DNA from: Octopus bimaculoides
Taxonomy: Eukaryota
Direction of reading: 5' to 3'
Length of the DNA stretch: 64,000 nt
NCBI RefSeq assembly: GCF_001194135.2
Contig: NC_068997.1
Coordinates: forward strand, 11,075,730 to 11,139,729
Shown here one piece after another: positions 13,672 through 26,959 of this stretch. The notes under the pieces are model-generated. The model saw only the letters and a program-made list of their open reading frames with translations. It was not told the DNA's origin and did not search any database. Position 1 is the first letter of the stretch. Every line of letters begins with the position of its first letter. Both the position numbers and the translations under genes were made by a program.

Positions 13672-13737
13672 CATATGTGTGTATGTACGTATGTATGTAT
13701 GTATGTATGTATGTATGTATGTATGTATGTATGTGTG
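13672..13737. repeat. (TATG)n microsatellite
   Basis: Directly visible. Confidence 0.95.
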
Positions 13738-15884
13738 TATTGTGCTTGTGCCTATGTGAGGATTCTGTAACTTACAGGAGAATATTTAGCTACGAACCTC
13801 GTTCACTTTTTACATAACTATCTTTACTTGTTTCTACCAGTTTGTTTTATGCAGAAATATATCCTGCTGACAAATAAACGAAACCATAATTACCGTTGTA
13901 ATAACCATAATACAAAGGGAAATAATTTCATTTTAATAAAGTATAGTTGTTAAATTCTTATGTAACTTCGGGGGCGTATTAATATATTTGTACAACAATG
14001 TTTCTCTTTTTGCCATCTCGAGAATGAAACTTAAGAAGTTTGATCGCTTTTTATATTCATGAATAATATAATAATGCAACTTTATGTTCTCCTTTCCCTG
14101 TAGTATAACTTTTCTATACATTAAAATGTCTTACATGTTTACTATTTGAATACGTTGAATGTTGTATATATTGTATTGTGCTGCATCGTCTTCGTAGCTC
14201 TCACTTAATTGTAAAAATACAATAGCTGTGATAGCCTGTAGTTTGAAACTATGTAAAGCTTTGCATTGCATTACATCACATTATACTTAGTGCCAATATT
14301 TTCTAAAGAACAGTACTGAGGTGGTTGAAATAGAATATGTCCGATTTAAGCGTGTAATCAATCCATACACAATAAAGATAGCAATCCATAAAAATGTTTC
14401 GATTCGTATTCAAAGCTATATGTGCTACATATACAACATTAATATTTGTATTCTGCCCGGCGTTGACTTTGGATGTCATCGTTTCATATTCTACGAAATA
14501 ATTACTAGTTGAACATTGGAGTTGATGTAATCGACCTACACACTCTCCCGAATTTAGTGGCTTTGTGCCAGAATATGAAACGAATGTCAAACAAAACAGA
14601 TTTTCTACCTAAATCCAGAGGGTGGCTTAAGTCGTAAAGTTCAGCATTTTTATGATCCAAAATTAATGTTCAATAATTTAATAGTTCCGTTTTCAATATG
14701 TCGAAAGTATTTATTAAATAAACTGAGCGTTGTTTATTAACCGTTGTGCGTGTTGCTGGTCTATCATTAGTTAATGATTTTGACTGGTTCTAATCGTGAC
14801 TTAAATGTTGAAAGCTAAACACAAGATTTTACGAACTTATTCCAATGTTAGAAACCTATTATAATCATTAACATTGGTAAAGCGCCAGCAATATGGCGGG
14901 AAACAAATAGGTAAGTAAACTGATATATACTCTATAATGTAACGACGATTTCATTATATGTTTCGCACTTATATCCCACAAGGCATTTGTTTCGCATCTC
15001 TACCAATCCTGCTATACGCATTCACTTACTTAAGGATACAATAATATATTTATTTGAAATAAAAACTTACTTTCTCTCCTAAAACGCAATATTCCATTAT
15101 GTAAATCTCCATTAAATACATTTTAATTTATTTTTTTATTTACAGAATAGAGGATATCGTTGGAAGCATTTACAAATAAGCCTGCCTTAATTCCCATTTT
15201 ATCTCTACTGTCAGGTATTCGGGGTGGTCAGTATATCTACCACATTCAGTATTTTAAACTACCTATAAAAGGCAATATAGCCGGAAAATACAAATAAATT
15301 CAGGTGTTTCGATCATTAACACAATCTTTTAGTACAAATATCTCTGCTTGTTCCACTGAATTACTAAGCAGTGGACATCAAATATGTCCTCTCGTATTCC
15401 TCACACAGTGCCTCAATTGCAACCTCCATCAACATTTTCAGTATAATTCCTTCCCACTAAAATTCCTTTCACCGCAACCCTATGAGATTATTTCTTGGTC
15501 AATACAATTTCTACGATAACCAACAAACAAAGTTCAAACATTAAAGACGTCAACCACAACGCCATCATTAATATGAAAGTGCATAGAAAGTTAAAGGATT
15601 AAAACTCATTGTAGAACCATGGTTCTCAAAATATCCTATTTTATCTCTGGACCTTATTTTAAAACGATGTATTTGAATGGAAATGTATGTATATCAGTTT
15701 TATATTTTCTGTCTCTTCTTTGAAAAAATCAAGTTGAATTGACATTTTAAAGGTTAAGAAATGGAGTTTTAGAAATGTATTTACAAAAAAATTAATAAAC
15801 TGATAATACATCAGTATTTAGACTTGTCGATACTGAAGTGCCATTGCGGATACAACATGAGCTATTTTATAATATTGATTTCAC

Positions 15885-15990
15885 ATTTTAGCACAAGGAT
15901 GACATTTTCGATCGCAAAAGGTGAAAAGTAAAGTAGAACTCGGCGGAATTTTTGTTCCCACGTGCTAACGATTCTGCTAGTTTGCTGACT
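15885..15990 (-). mobile_element. Internally deleted family-A SINE
   Basis: ctcggcggaattt and gtgctaacgattctgctagtttgc are reverse complements of family-A segments. Confidence 0.6.
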
Positions 15991-16722
15991 TGAGCTATTT
16001 TATTATATCTATAGAAACGTTTGCAATTATACATGTACAGAAATGCCAATATGATTTCGTAAACTGAATATGATTGTTCTCCTACGTTTTATTATTCTAG
16101 TACTGCTTTTGTATGTTCTTGATACGTTATCGTCCCTCTTCTTCCAGGAATCGCCATTCTTTTACTAACCGTCGAATAGTTAATTTCTAAATCTGTTATC
16201 TTCTTGCATTCGATCGTATTGTACCGACATCAGTCGCACCGTTCTTAATGTGGAAAGTTGCAGCCAAAAAACGAAACTGTATAGCACTTGCCTTTTGCTG
16301 GAGGCCTAATTATTTCACTGCAGTGCGCATTGATTGCTTTCATATCCTGGGATTAATTTATATCGCTCGTATATCACCGAATATTTAGGTCACTTCACAA
16401 TCTCTAATGGAACAAATTCACAAATTCAAGAGAATGGAAAGATAATGTATATGATTTTTATCAGCCTTCATAACAACTCGTTGGCGAACACTTTTCTAAT
16501 GTTCGTGTATCCCAACGGGCTCGAGCATATTGATACGTGAAATATTTCAGAAAATAATCAATGCATTTCTAACTTTGCCCGCTATAAATGTAAACGTTGA
16601 TTGCTAATTCATATACAACACTAAGAAAATTATTCGACAGCTTATTTAGTAACAAACGTAAGATTTTCACGTACCTATTGATATGTTTCATAGATTTGAA
16701 TAAATTAGGCTCTTTACAGCAA

Positions 16723-16757
<35 letters not shown>

Positions 16758-17187
16758 NNNNNNNNNNNNNNNNNNNNNNNNNNNNNNNNNNNNNNNNNNN
16801 NNNNNNNNNNNNNNNNNNNNNNNNNNNNNNNNNNNNNNNNNNNNNNNNNNNNNNNNNNNNNNNNNNNNNNNNNNNNNNNNNNNNNNNNNNNNNNNNNNNN
16901 NNNNNNNNNNNNNNNNNNNNNNNNNNNNNNNNNNNNNNNNNNNNNNNNNNNNNNNNNNNNNNNNNNNNNNNNNNNNNNNNNNNNNNNNNNNNNNNNNNNN
17001 NNNNNNNNNNNNNNNNNNNNNNNNNNNNNNNNNNNNNNNNNNNNNNNNNNNNNNNNNNNNNNNNNNNNNNNNNNNNNNNNNNNNNNNNNNNNNNNNNNNN
17101 NNNNNNNNNNNNNNNNNNNNNNNNNNNNNNNNNNNNNNNNNNNNNNNNNNNNNNNNNNNNNNNNNNNNNNNNNNNNNNNNNNNNNNN
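16758..17187. other. Assembly gap (N)
   Basis: N run; a further 10-N gap lies at 17567-17576. Confidence 1.
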
Positions 17188-17411
17188 TATATATATATAT
17201 ATATGGCACATATAAGAGGGAAGATAGAATATGCGAGAAGTTATTATTAATCACGACAATTGTTTCGACACATATAGCATCGATACATCACGGGAGTGAT
17301 ACTCAATAGCTGCCTCAGGAGCATCCGGCAGTGTAGGTGAATCTCATCGAGTGATAAAGAGACTCAACTCGTTCAAATAACACTTCCGTAATATAACTTC
17401 ACGTTTTGTAG

Positions 17412-17559
17412 AAAGAAAAGCAGTCAGGCGGAGGAAATATCTTGTCGGGTAACTTATATCGACCTAAATTTTCGGTATTATGGATGAATTATGCTGAGAG
17501 GTGCATTCCGATATTCGATCCGGAAAAAAAACATCCGACGTTTATAATAATAATGGAAG
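17412..17559 (+). CDS. Candidate internal exon (KEKQSGGGNILSGNLYRPKFSVLWMNYAERCIPIFDPEKKHPTFIIIME-), product unknown
   Basis: cttcacgttttgtag acceptor, 49 open codons, GAAG|gtact donor. Phase-compatible with a ttctttag|CT GTG CCA segment at about 17981. No homology recognised. Confidence 0.2.
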
Positions 17560-20090
17560 GTACTACNNNNNNNNNNATATATCTTCATTAGACCAAACGT
17601 ATTGATTAGATTATTCGTAACTTTTAGACTGCTACTCTCATTAGAGTTCATCTCCATAGTTTTCATGATATTCCTTGTACTAATATAAATATTCCTATTT
17701 ATATTCCAAGTAACATGGTATGGAATATTTTTGATCTGGTTTTCTATTCTATGAAAAATCGTAATGCCTATGATAAAATGAAGGGCTGATTTCGTGTGTC
17801 TTTAACCTGAAGCCTACCAACAATCACTGTTATTAACATCGTTTGTTTAGTAGAAGTGTTTTTATTATAAATAAAGTCATCCCTATCTTCTAACGGAATT
17901 TCATAACGGCAATACTGCGGTATTATTTTTCATGAGAAAGTGAAGGGACATTATGTGGTAACACGTTATAATTTCTTTAGCTGTGCCACGGCCCTATGAG
18001 ACATATATTCTTGACATCGACAATCTGTCGAAACATTTCAAAATCGTATCAAAACATATTTACTAGATATTATACTGAGAAGGAAATAAAAAATTGCTTC
18101 GCATTATTTTACTCTATAGAATTAGATATTCCTGTTCAATTGAACGGCCATCAAATGTTGATACTTGTTACGTGATCCATTGTTACTGTCATGAATCACA
18201 ATATTGTTTTCCTCTCTCGACGAAAGTTCTTCCAAAAAAAGAAAGTAACGTCAGTCAAGCAAAATATAAACATGATTTATGAATTGAACTCATTTCTCAG
18301 CATTAGTTAAATAATTTCTTTTGTTTTTGTTTCCATTAAAATCGAATGATTGATTATTGCATTTCAGAACTCGTATTCACTGCTGTTTACTGCATTTGAG
18401 AGAGTTACAGACATGTCATGTAATATGATATATTATCTGTAAATAAAAGTATAATTATAGATTGAATATCGACAATATTATTAGTAATTATAAGGATATG
18501 ATTAATCTCTTGTGAAAAAAGTTACTTCATGAATTAAAATACCAATCTTTGATATACCCATCAGTTTTTAAACCTTTTATTTTCAGCACCGCATCTTTGT
18601 AATTAATTATTTCTAAAACATCATCTTGAAACATTATTCAACTACGATTACTCTTATGATGCTACTTTCAAACATTGACATGTCTAGTAAATCTATTTCA
18701 ATTTGCACGCCCGTGGGTGTGCATGTGTGTACGATTTAAACTAGCTTGTTGATTACATGAGATTCGACACATGACTTAATGCATATCGAAAGTTTGAAGT
18801 TTCTCGTGTTATTTTATTTAAGAAACTAAGTGAAAATATGTTCTATACTATCTAGAAAAATGCTCCTCTGATTTTCGCATCCGATACTGTTCCTTGATTT
18901 ACATTGCATTCTTCGTAGTTAAATAAAATGTTATGAAAACATTTGGTAATAGTTCAATATATTGATATTAATAAAGTTGTTCTGATAATGTAAGTTCTCG
19001 TTCATTAGGTTTTTCATACAAGTTTTAATTAGTTTTGTGAAAACGCATATTTGACTGCAATAAAAATTGTACTTCCTATAACTTCCTCGGTTATCTAATG
19101 TCGCCATCCTGAACATAGACAAGTAGAAATATTCTGAAAAACTTGACTTGCCAAATAAGTTTAAGTTGAGCGGATATTGAATAATCAAAACGGAAAATGT
19201 CTCGTCGTATGTAATGTTACTAACGATAGAAATAATATAAAATTGAGTATATAATTATGCACTATTTATTTAAGCTGCAGCCTGTTGAAAGAACATTGCA
19301 TGTGCATTATTAGCCTAATCAAAGGCTGTGTGTGTGTGTTTATATAGGTATGCATGTATACACGCACATAAGCGCGCGCACACACAGACATGTATGTATG
19401 TATGTACACGTACACACACATTTAGGAGGAGAATGTAAGTGGTAGAATCGTTAGAACTTCTCATGATGTGCATTGCAGTCATCATGTTTGACAGGTCGTT
19501 AGAGAACAAATGTATGAAATTAGGTCCTGGATCTTCGCTAACTTAACTACATCAAAACGATTTCTTCCGGTGCTTTTCATTCATGGTTGAAATCCAGGAA
19601 AAATTTGGGCACGACGGGTTGAAAGGTATCTAATTCCCGCGGAGACCGTGAATATATAACAAGCAAGGCCTTACCTGGTTACGTAAAAAACAAAAAGGCA
19701 TTAGTACGCGTGGGAAACGCAACCACAACTCTTATTTTTGAGATACGTGTGCTGGCAGATTACACCATCACACCCACCATCTTTTCTTCACATACTCTAG
19801 AAGGTTTTATGTGCCCTAACATTAGATTATTTTCTGTATTCAATATACGATAAAGGCTTATAATCGTACTTCCAAAATGTCACTCACCACCTTCTCCTTA
19901 CTCCTGTAAAACTCAGAAGTTTAGATATCTAAGGCTATAAAATCGTATTTCCAAAATTCATCGGCAAAACGTGGGTATTTTGGTTTAATCGGTGTTCAAT
20001 CGCAACTGGTTCAGATGCCCATTTTCCCATTACTGAGGCTTATATACCATAATATTGCATTATTTTTCGTGTGTCTTTAAAGTTATATAT

Positions 20091-20996
20091 ATCAGAATGC
20101 AAGACTAAATGCAGAACCCATTAAATACACTGGACCTGGAGGGACTGCAATCTCAGAGGCAGAGACAGTGCGAGACCTGGGCATCTACATGAGTAATAAT
20201 GCATCCTTTCATGTTCATGTTGCTAAATTGTCAATGAAATGCAGGCGACGGACCGGATGGATTCTAAGGACTTTTAGAACAAGAGATCAGAAAACCATGA
20301 TGGTGCTCTGGAAGACACTTGTTCTAAGCCACTTTGACTATTGCTCTCAGCTATGGTCACCAACCAGTGTCAAATTAATCTCAGAACTTCAGGCAATCCA
20401 ACGAAGCTACACGAAGATATGCAGCATATAAGCTATTGGGAAAGNNNNNNNNNNNNNNNNNNNNNNNNNNNNNNNNNNNNNNNNNNNNNNNNNNNNNNNN
20501 NNNNNNNNNNNNNNNNNNNNNNNNNNNNNNNNNNNNNNNNNNNNNNNNNNNNNNNNNNNNNNNNNNNNNNNNNNNNNNNNNNNNNNNNNNNNNNNNNNNN
20601 NNNNNNNNNNNNNNNNNNNNNNNNTGGACGCCATTGCATAGTGCCAAGGACTCCAAATTTGCCATCAAGATGTAGGACAAGATACTGCAATAGCCTGGGC
20701 TTCAAAAGTCTACAGCTCTTCAATATCCTCCCGAAGGACCTGAGAGACCTGCATGCGGTGGATGTAGGTGTCTTCAAGACAAGGCTGGACCTCTTCCTGT
20801 CAGGTGTCCCAGATGAACCAACTTCACGACAGGAGGTGCAGATGAGAGCAGCTGCATCAAACTCTCTCATGCACCAAATGTCAATTCCTGAAGTAAAATT
20901 CGTGAAGTAAAATTGCGTAGCAACACAAAATGGCGGTGCCCCAGCATGGCCACAGCTCATGAGCTGAAAATGGATAAAATGAAAATGAAAATGAAA
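20091..20996 (+). mobile_element. CR1/L2-type LINE, 5'-truncated 3' fragment (post-RT C-terminus, 3'UTR stem-loop, (GAAAAT)n tail)
   Basis: VRDLGIYMS...GWILRTFRTRD...LWKTLVLSHFDYCSQLWSP and LQLFNILPKDLRD...FKTRLDLFLSGVPDEP are typical CR1/L2 ORF2 C-terminal motifs. Spans the gap at 20445-20624; (TA)n on both sides. Confidence 0.9.
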
Positions 20997-21306
20997 TATA
21001 TATATATATGGTTTTAAAGTGTACAGAGTGACACGACAAATTACAAAATATTTAATTAGCTACTAAAACTACTAAAACCGAGGGAAACGCACTAATTGTA
21101 GTAAAAGAAACATGTCAGTTGCCTTGGGTATGATAGCTGAAGCAAAATCAGAAATAAATTCCAACTCTATTTTCTGTATTTCTTACTACATACATTCCTA
21201 CATACATATGTATACACGCACACATGTATGTATGTATGTATGTATGTATGTATGTATGCGTGTATATACTCACACACATATACAGTTATAAAGTTTATAT
21301 TTATAT

Positions 21307-21346
<40 letters not shown>

Positions 21347-22165
21347 TTGTATACATGTTTGTGTGTATGTATGTATGAGTGTGTGTGTGTGTGTATGGGT
21401 GGTAATACATATTTGCGTTTTTTCTCGTTTCAGTAAATATTGTGAAAACACCGATGTGTAAATGTATAAATCAAACATTTTCTAACACTTCTACATTGCA
21501 GGTGGTTGTTTTGACATGTCTCTTTAAAGTTAAGCTCCAACTAATACGACATAGCTATTAATTAGTGAAGATAAATGAATTATGTCAATTATTTGTGTAT
21601 CTTCTTGTTATACGTAAACTTTTCTGTTGTAAATTATGTTTATATTTAAATAGCTGATAGAAAGTTAGTAAATAGTAGACTTTTAAACTTTATATAATGC
21701 AATATGAAGTTAGGTTCTTTGAGCTCTCTTTTCAAATGCCACTGTTAGAATGGTTGGTGCTCAATTTTGTCTTTCCTTTACGTCAATAAAACATACATAA
21801 CTGTAGGATTACACGAACAGCATGCGTTACCGTTTTTGCGTTGGAATTTAATCAGTTAAGGGATATTTTATTGGTGGAGGTGTGGAAATATGAAGTTTGC
21901 TTTAGACAATTTCAAATGCACAGCATCTGGGGCAAGTTTCTCCTATTACACACAAACACACACACAAGCACACACCCATATGCATATATCTAAATGTGTT
22001 TGTTTTGGTGTTTGTGTTGTATTTGTCCTCCACCTCCGCTTCATAAGTGGTGCTGGTTTGTTTACGTTCTCATACCTTAGCGGTTCTGCTTCAAGAACCA
22101 ATAAAACAATCACCAAATATTGAAATAAGTAATGTATTCGATTTCTTTGCCTGAGACATACAACG

Positions 22166-22215
22166 AAGGTCCCCAGCATGGCCGCAGTCCAATGCCAGAT
22201 GATAGTAACAAAAGA
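22166..22215 (+). mobile_element. Isolated LINE/SINE 3' tail fragment
   Basis: ccccagcatggccgcagtc matches 20938-20955 and 28673-28690. Confidence 0.55.
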
Positions 22216-22546
22216 AAAGAAAAAACGATCAGGTCGAGTGGGCGCATTGGTGATCTTGCTTTGGCTCAACATGTAAAAGGTTTGTACTGGCATCGATTCA
22301 AATGATGAAGAATCTTATCAATTGAAATTTTTGGCATAATTCCACTGCTAAAAATCAATATATGTAAGGAAATATGAATTATTTACAATAGTGAATTTGT
22401 CCTGATTTTGCCGTATAGATGTAGAAGATATGGCATTGAGTGTGTAGAATGTTGTTATATTATGAGCATCGTGTTGATGCTTGAAGTAGAGACAGACTGA
22501 CCGCAATAGAAGATGAGGCGTTTTTGTTTCTCATTGCCAAATGCAG

Positions 22547-22583
22547 TGGATACATATTTTGAAAGCTTACCACAGCTCGTGAG
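22547..22583 (+). CDS. Candidate 37-nt exon (-DTYFESLPQLV-)
   Basis: tttttgtttctcattgccaaatgcag acceptor, AG|gtgaga donor, one open frame (phase 1 to 2). Confidence 0.2.
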
Positions 22584-22920
22584 GTGAGAAATAGCATTTG
22601 CGGATCATCTGAAATGCTACACAGCTGACATTGTTTAACTGGATTTCAAGTAGCGAGACAATACGTTAACATACTGCAGAATTGAAATAGCATTTCTCGT
22701 GGTTGAAGTGAAATGATTAGCAATACAGAAGAAATAGTTGTTGGGTCGAAGGACGGTTGTAGTGTTATTGATATAAGGACATGTTTTGTATTCGATTCCT
22801 CATCGATATCGCATCTCTACAGAAGTAAAGTTACTCGCTTTCAATGCCGCATTTTCTTGAATGATAGGTAGACTGTTTCTTTACTTTTCATGATGGTTTT
22901 AAATTTTGGTAGAATGACAG

Positions 22921-23103
22921 CAATTTTCAGGGAAGAAGGAATTGATTACATTGATCCCAGTATTTGATTGGTACTTGTTTTACACTCTTAAAGGACGAAA
23001 GGCAGAGCCGACCTAAGTGGGATTCTGAACTCAGAAAGTACAGGCGGACGAAATACCATTAATCATTCTGACCGGTGTACTAACGATCTTGCAAACTTGC
23101 CAT
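22921..23103 (-). mobile_element. Family-A SINE, diverged
   Basis: ttgatcccagt..ggtactt..aaaggacgaaaggcagagccgacc..gaactcaga..gacgaaatacc..gtactaacgatcttgc. Confidence 0.75.
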
Positions 23104-23251
23104 CTTTTATCCCTTCTGTAATGATGAACAATTCAACTTGGAATGTAAAAGTGAAGTAACTAGATATTTTGTCTGGCACTCTGCTTATTCTAAAATCAAA
23201 CAGAATTTATAAAAGCAGAAATGCATAAACGATACATGATCACATATCTAG

Positions 23252-23374
23252 GGCACGCGGTATGAGTGCAAAAGCGGTTTACATGAGACTGGAGGAAAAA
23301 GAGACAAGACATAGGGGTATTCACACTGCTGAAAATAGACACCTCCGAGGAATATCATACCGTGTTACGCAAAG
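23252..23374 (+). CDS. Candidate 123-nt symmetric exon (-ARGMSAKAVYMRLEEKETRHRGIHTAENRHLRGISYRVTQ-)
   Basis: Open frame between a ctag acceptor and a strong AAG|gtgagc donor; phase 2-2, compatible with 22547-22583. No homology recognised. Confidence 0.2.
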
Positions 23375-25491
23375 GTGAGCCATATTAAACGCATTTTACG
23401 CAATAAACTTTAATTGTGGTCACTGCCAGGATCGTTTTACTCATGGCTGACCTAGGTCAATCAATAGAAACAGGATCATACAAAAAGCAAAAATAACACA
23501 GAATATTTTTAGTATTTCTAAAATGTTACTTTTAAATCTATGTATTCATGTGGCTTGCATCACATTGATTTTATGGAAATTGATATTCCAAATTTGGAGA
23601 TATTTCACGAATAGCATGATATATCTATTATAATTCATAGTAGAAAACAAGAAAATTTCGTCTGCATAAAGTACATGGAATCTGATAGAAATTATATAAG
23701 AATTTAAGTATGTTTTTATAATGATTTATATGAACTAAATACTTGGCAGCATAAATTATGTAATAATGTGTCACAAAAAAATTTTGAAAGTCCAAAATGT
23801 TCGCGACATTATTCGACATTCTGTTTTTACCTTCAACACGCAGTATAGTTAGTGCGAAGGTAAAACGTTCCATGCAAATTTGTCCACACATAAATCAGTT
23901 ATGAAGAGAAAGGCATTTACTCAATTACTAGCATTGAGATTTACTCACTGATATTGCGGAAGCTACTCTATCTAGAACTGTAATTCAGTAACAATGGATG
24001 GGAATGACAGGGTCGTGTCATAAGGTTTGATTTAACTACTTTGTGCAATAAATTGGTTTCCATATTGCTCGACTTCTGTAACATTGTCACCTTTAATCAT
24101 GCGTTCGGATCAATTGGTTATTGAAATTTTTCTTCTATTACTGCACTCATTATCCTGATTTTAATTGCTCCAAATTATTGCAATGCCCCCTTTCTTAAGG
24201 TAAGCGATGAAAGAGGTATTGTACCCATTCTTTAGTTGTTTAGGAAATACATTGCATTGCTGCGCAGAGTGGATTCCTCACTTTATTTATATTCTTCCTC
24301 ATCTATAGCTACAATATTATCACTCATGTGTGATAGTACAACGAAATCAATACATTTTAAGGCTTCAAAGCACATTCTTTATAATTTTACCTTTCAAACA
24401 CAACGCTATTTGGGCGCTAGGTTTGCGATGAGTATCCAAGCACAATACGGTTGTTCTTTGCCTTAACGAACATCAATGAAAAGCCACTCAGCCAAGAATT
24501 TCATATGTGTGTAGTATTGTATTCATGGTAAGTTTCCACTTCATCACAAATGCTTAAATTGGATCAGAGGTCCTTTGCACAAGGCAGCACAGTTAGTTTA
24601 GGAAGTGTTATTAAAAGTACAAAAAAAAACTTAGATAGGTAATGTTATTACAAGTGCACATAAATGGAACGCAATATTTACACAAACGGCTGGATTAGGT
24701 TAACAAAAATACATGTAACATAAGTTCAGGAGCTTCATACACATTGATTTATACTTGTAGTACCTGATCCAAAAAGATGAAACCACAGACAATAATTATT
24801 TTTGCTTATTTTATAGCTGACAACAATAGTGAAAGCATAATGCAACTCTATGAGACTGGATTATGGTAAATTGAATGAACTCCCCAAGAATCTGGTAGTA
24901 GAATGGTAGGCGTCCTGCAGATGCAGCACTGATGACTGTTTGATCGAAAATTTTACGACGTATTACGCTTTCGACTGATTTTTATATTTCATCCACGAAT
25001 CTTTAGAGATATCAGCAAAGAAATATTTGAACATCATTTATTGCCTTGATTGTCAACGTTAATTTTATTAACATTTCACAAAGCCGTAATTTTATAACGA
25101 ACATGGCACTAGACTAAAGTGTTGTGCATATCTTAAAGTCACAGTCATCAATGAGCAGTATTTATTTTCAGAAATGGACACATCACAATCTTCAAATCCG
25201 ACTACGAACATAATAGCAATCATACGATCTGCTTGTTAGCTTTTTGCATGAAAGTATGTAACAACACTCATGAATTGCTTTCATTGTGTAAGTCTCAGAT
25301 TGCCAATTATTTATATATTTCTCATATAACAATTTAGAAAAAGCAATTAAAACTGTTTGTTCCAATGGCTTCTATGAAACAAATATGAAATAATATCAAT
25401 ATTCCTGGAAAATGTTAAAATACACAGCCTACAAATGCAATGCAGGTGAAATTCAAGTACCATTTAATTTCATAGGATTTCAATTTTAATG

Positions 25492-25556
<65 letters not shown>
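25492..25556. repeat. (ATCT)n microsatellite
   Basis: Directly visible. Confidence 0.95.
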
Positions 25557-25560
<4 letters not shown>

Positions 25561-26063
25561 CTCTCACTCCCTCACTCTCTACGGACGCACAATGCACACA
25601 CATATATGTGTATTAATGTATATATGTAAACACGCACATGCAACCACTCACATACATTAACAATTACAAACACATAGCCGCATGAACATGGCTTCGCTGT
25701 CAACACCTACGCTAAAAATGGGAGTTGAATCCCAAACAACGAAAAAGCTATTCTTCTCTTAGCACGTTGAATGTAGGCCGGTAGGACAATTTGTGAGAAT
25801 TCAAAAATGATTAGTCATGTCTCTGCTTCGATGTGTCGGCCATAAAGATTAAATACATTAAGTAACTAATTAATCAATTAATCAAACAATTGAAGCATTA
25901 AACCGTCTATGGATCATCAACGGGAATCGCTATTGACATATAAATACAAAATATAAACACATACCGCATCAAACAAGACACACTGCATTCTGAGTTTTCA
26001 TCTTTATATTCCCACGAATTTAGTTCCACATGTCTCCCCCCACCCCACAAATATATATATATA

Positions 26064-26119
26064 TCTTTATCTTTTACTTCTTCCAGTCATTAGTCTGTGG
26101 CCATGCTGGGTCTCCGCCT
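26064..26119 (-). mobile_element. SINE/LINE 3' tail fragment
   Basis: Reverse complement ggcggagacccagcatggccacagactaatgactggaagaagtaaaagataaag. Confidence 0.6.
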
Positions 26120-26145
26120 GATATATATATATATATATATATATA

Positions 26146-26919
26146 NNNNNNNNNNNNNNNNNNNNNNNNNNNNNNNNNNNNNNNNNNNNNNNNNNNNNNN
26201 NNNNNNNNNNNNNNNNNNNNNNNNNNNNNNNNNNNNNNNNNNNNNNNNNNNNNNNNNNNNNNNNNNNNNNNNNNNNNNNNNNNNNNNNNNNNNNNNNNNN
26301 NNNNNNNNNNNNNNNNNNNNNNNNNNNNNNNNNNNNNNNNNNNNNNNNNNNNNNNNNNNNNNNNNNNNNNNNNNNNNNNNNNNNNNNNNNNNNNNNNNNN
26401 NNNNNNNNNNNNNNNNNNNNNNNNNNNNNNNNNNNNNNNNNNNNNNNNNNNNNNNNNNNNNNNNNNNNNNNNNNNNNNNNNNNNNNNNNNNNNNNNNNNN
26501 NNNNNNNNNNNNNNNNNNNNNNNNNNNNNNNNNNNNNNNNNNNNNNNNNNNNNNNNNNNNNNNNNNNNNNNNNNNNNNNNNNNNNNNNNNNNNNNNNNNN
26601 NNNNNNNNNNNNNNNNNNNNNNNNNNNNNNNNNNNNNNNNNNNNNNNNNNNNNNNNNNNNNNNNNNNNNNNNNNNNNNNNNNNNNNNNNNNNNNNNNNNN
26701 NNNNNNNNNNNNNNNNNNNNNNNNNNNNNNNNNNNNNNNNNNNNNNNNNNNNNNNNNNNNNNNNNNNNNNNNNNNNNNNNNNNNNNNNNNNNNNNNNNNN
26801 NNNNNNNNNNNNNNNNNNNNNNNNNNNNNNNNNNNNNNNNNNNNNNNNNNNNNNNNNNNNNNNNNNNNNNNNNNNNNNNNNNNNNNNNNNNNNNNNNNNN
26901 NNNNNNNNNNNNNNNNNNN

Positions 26920-26920
<1 letters not shown>
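26146..26920. other. Assembly gap (N)
   Basis: N run. Confidence 1.

Positions 26921-26959
<39 letters not shown>

Noticed and set aside
14832-15216. AG|gtaagt donor at 14910 and strong acceptor at 15147
   Set aside because: All joined frames hit stops within 15 codons; at most non-coding or UTR exons, unsupported.
24920-24960. CTGATGA...GAAA as a hammerhead
   Set aside because: No stem II pairing between the two core strands.
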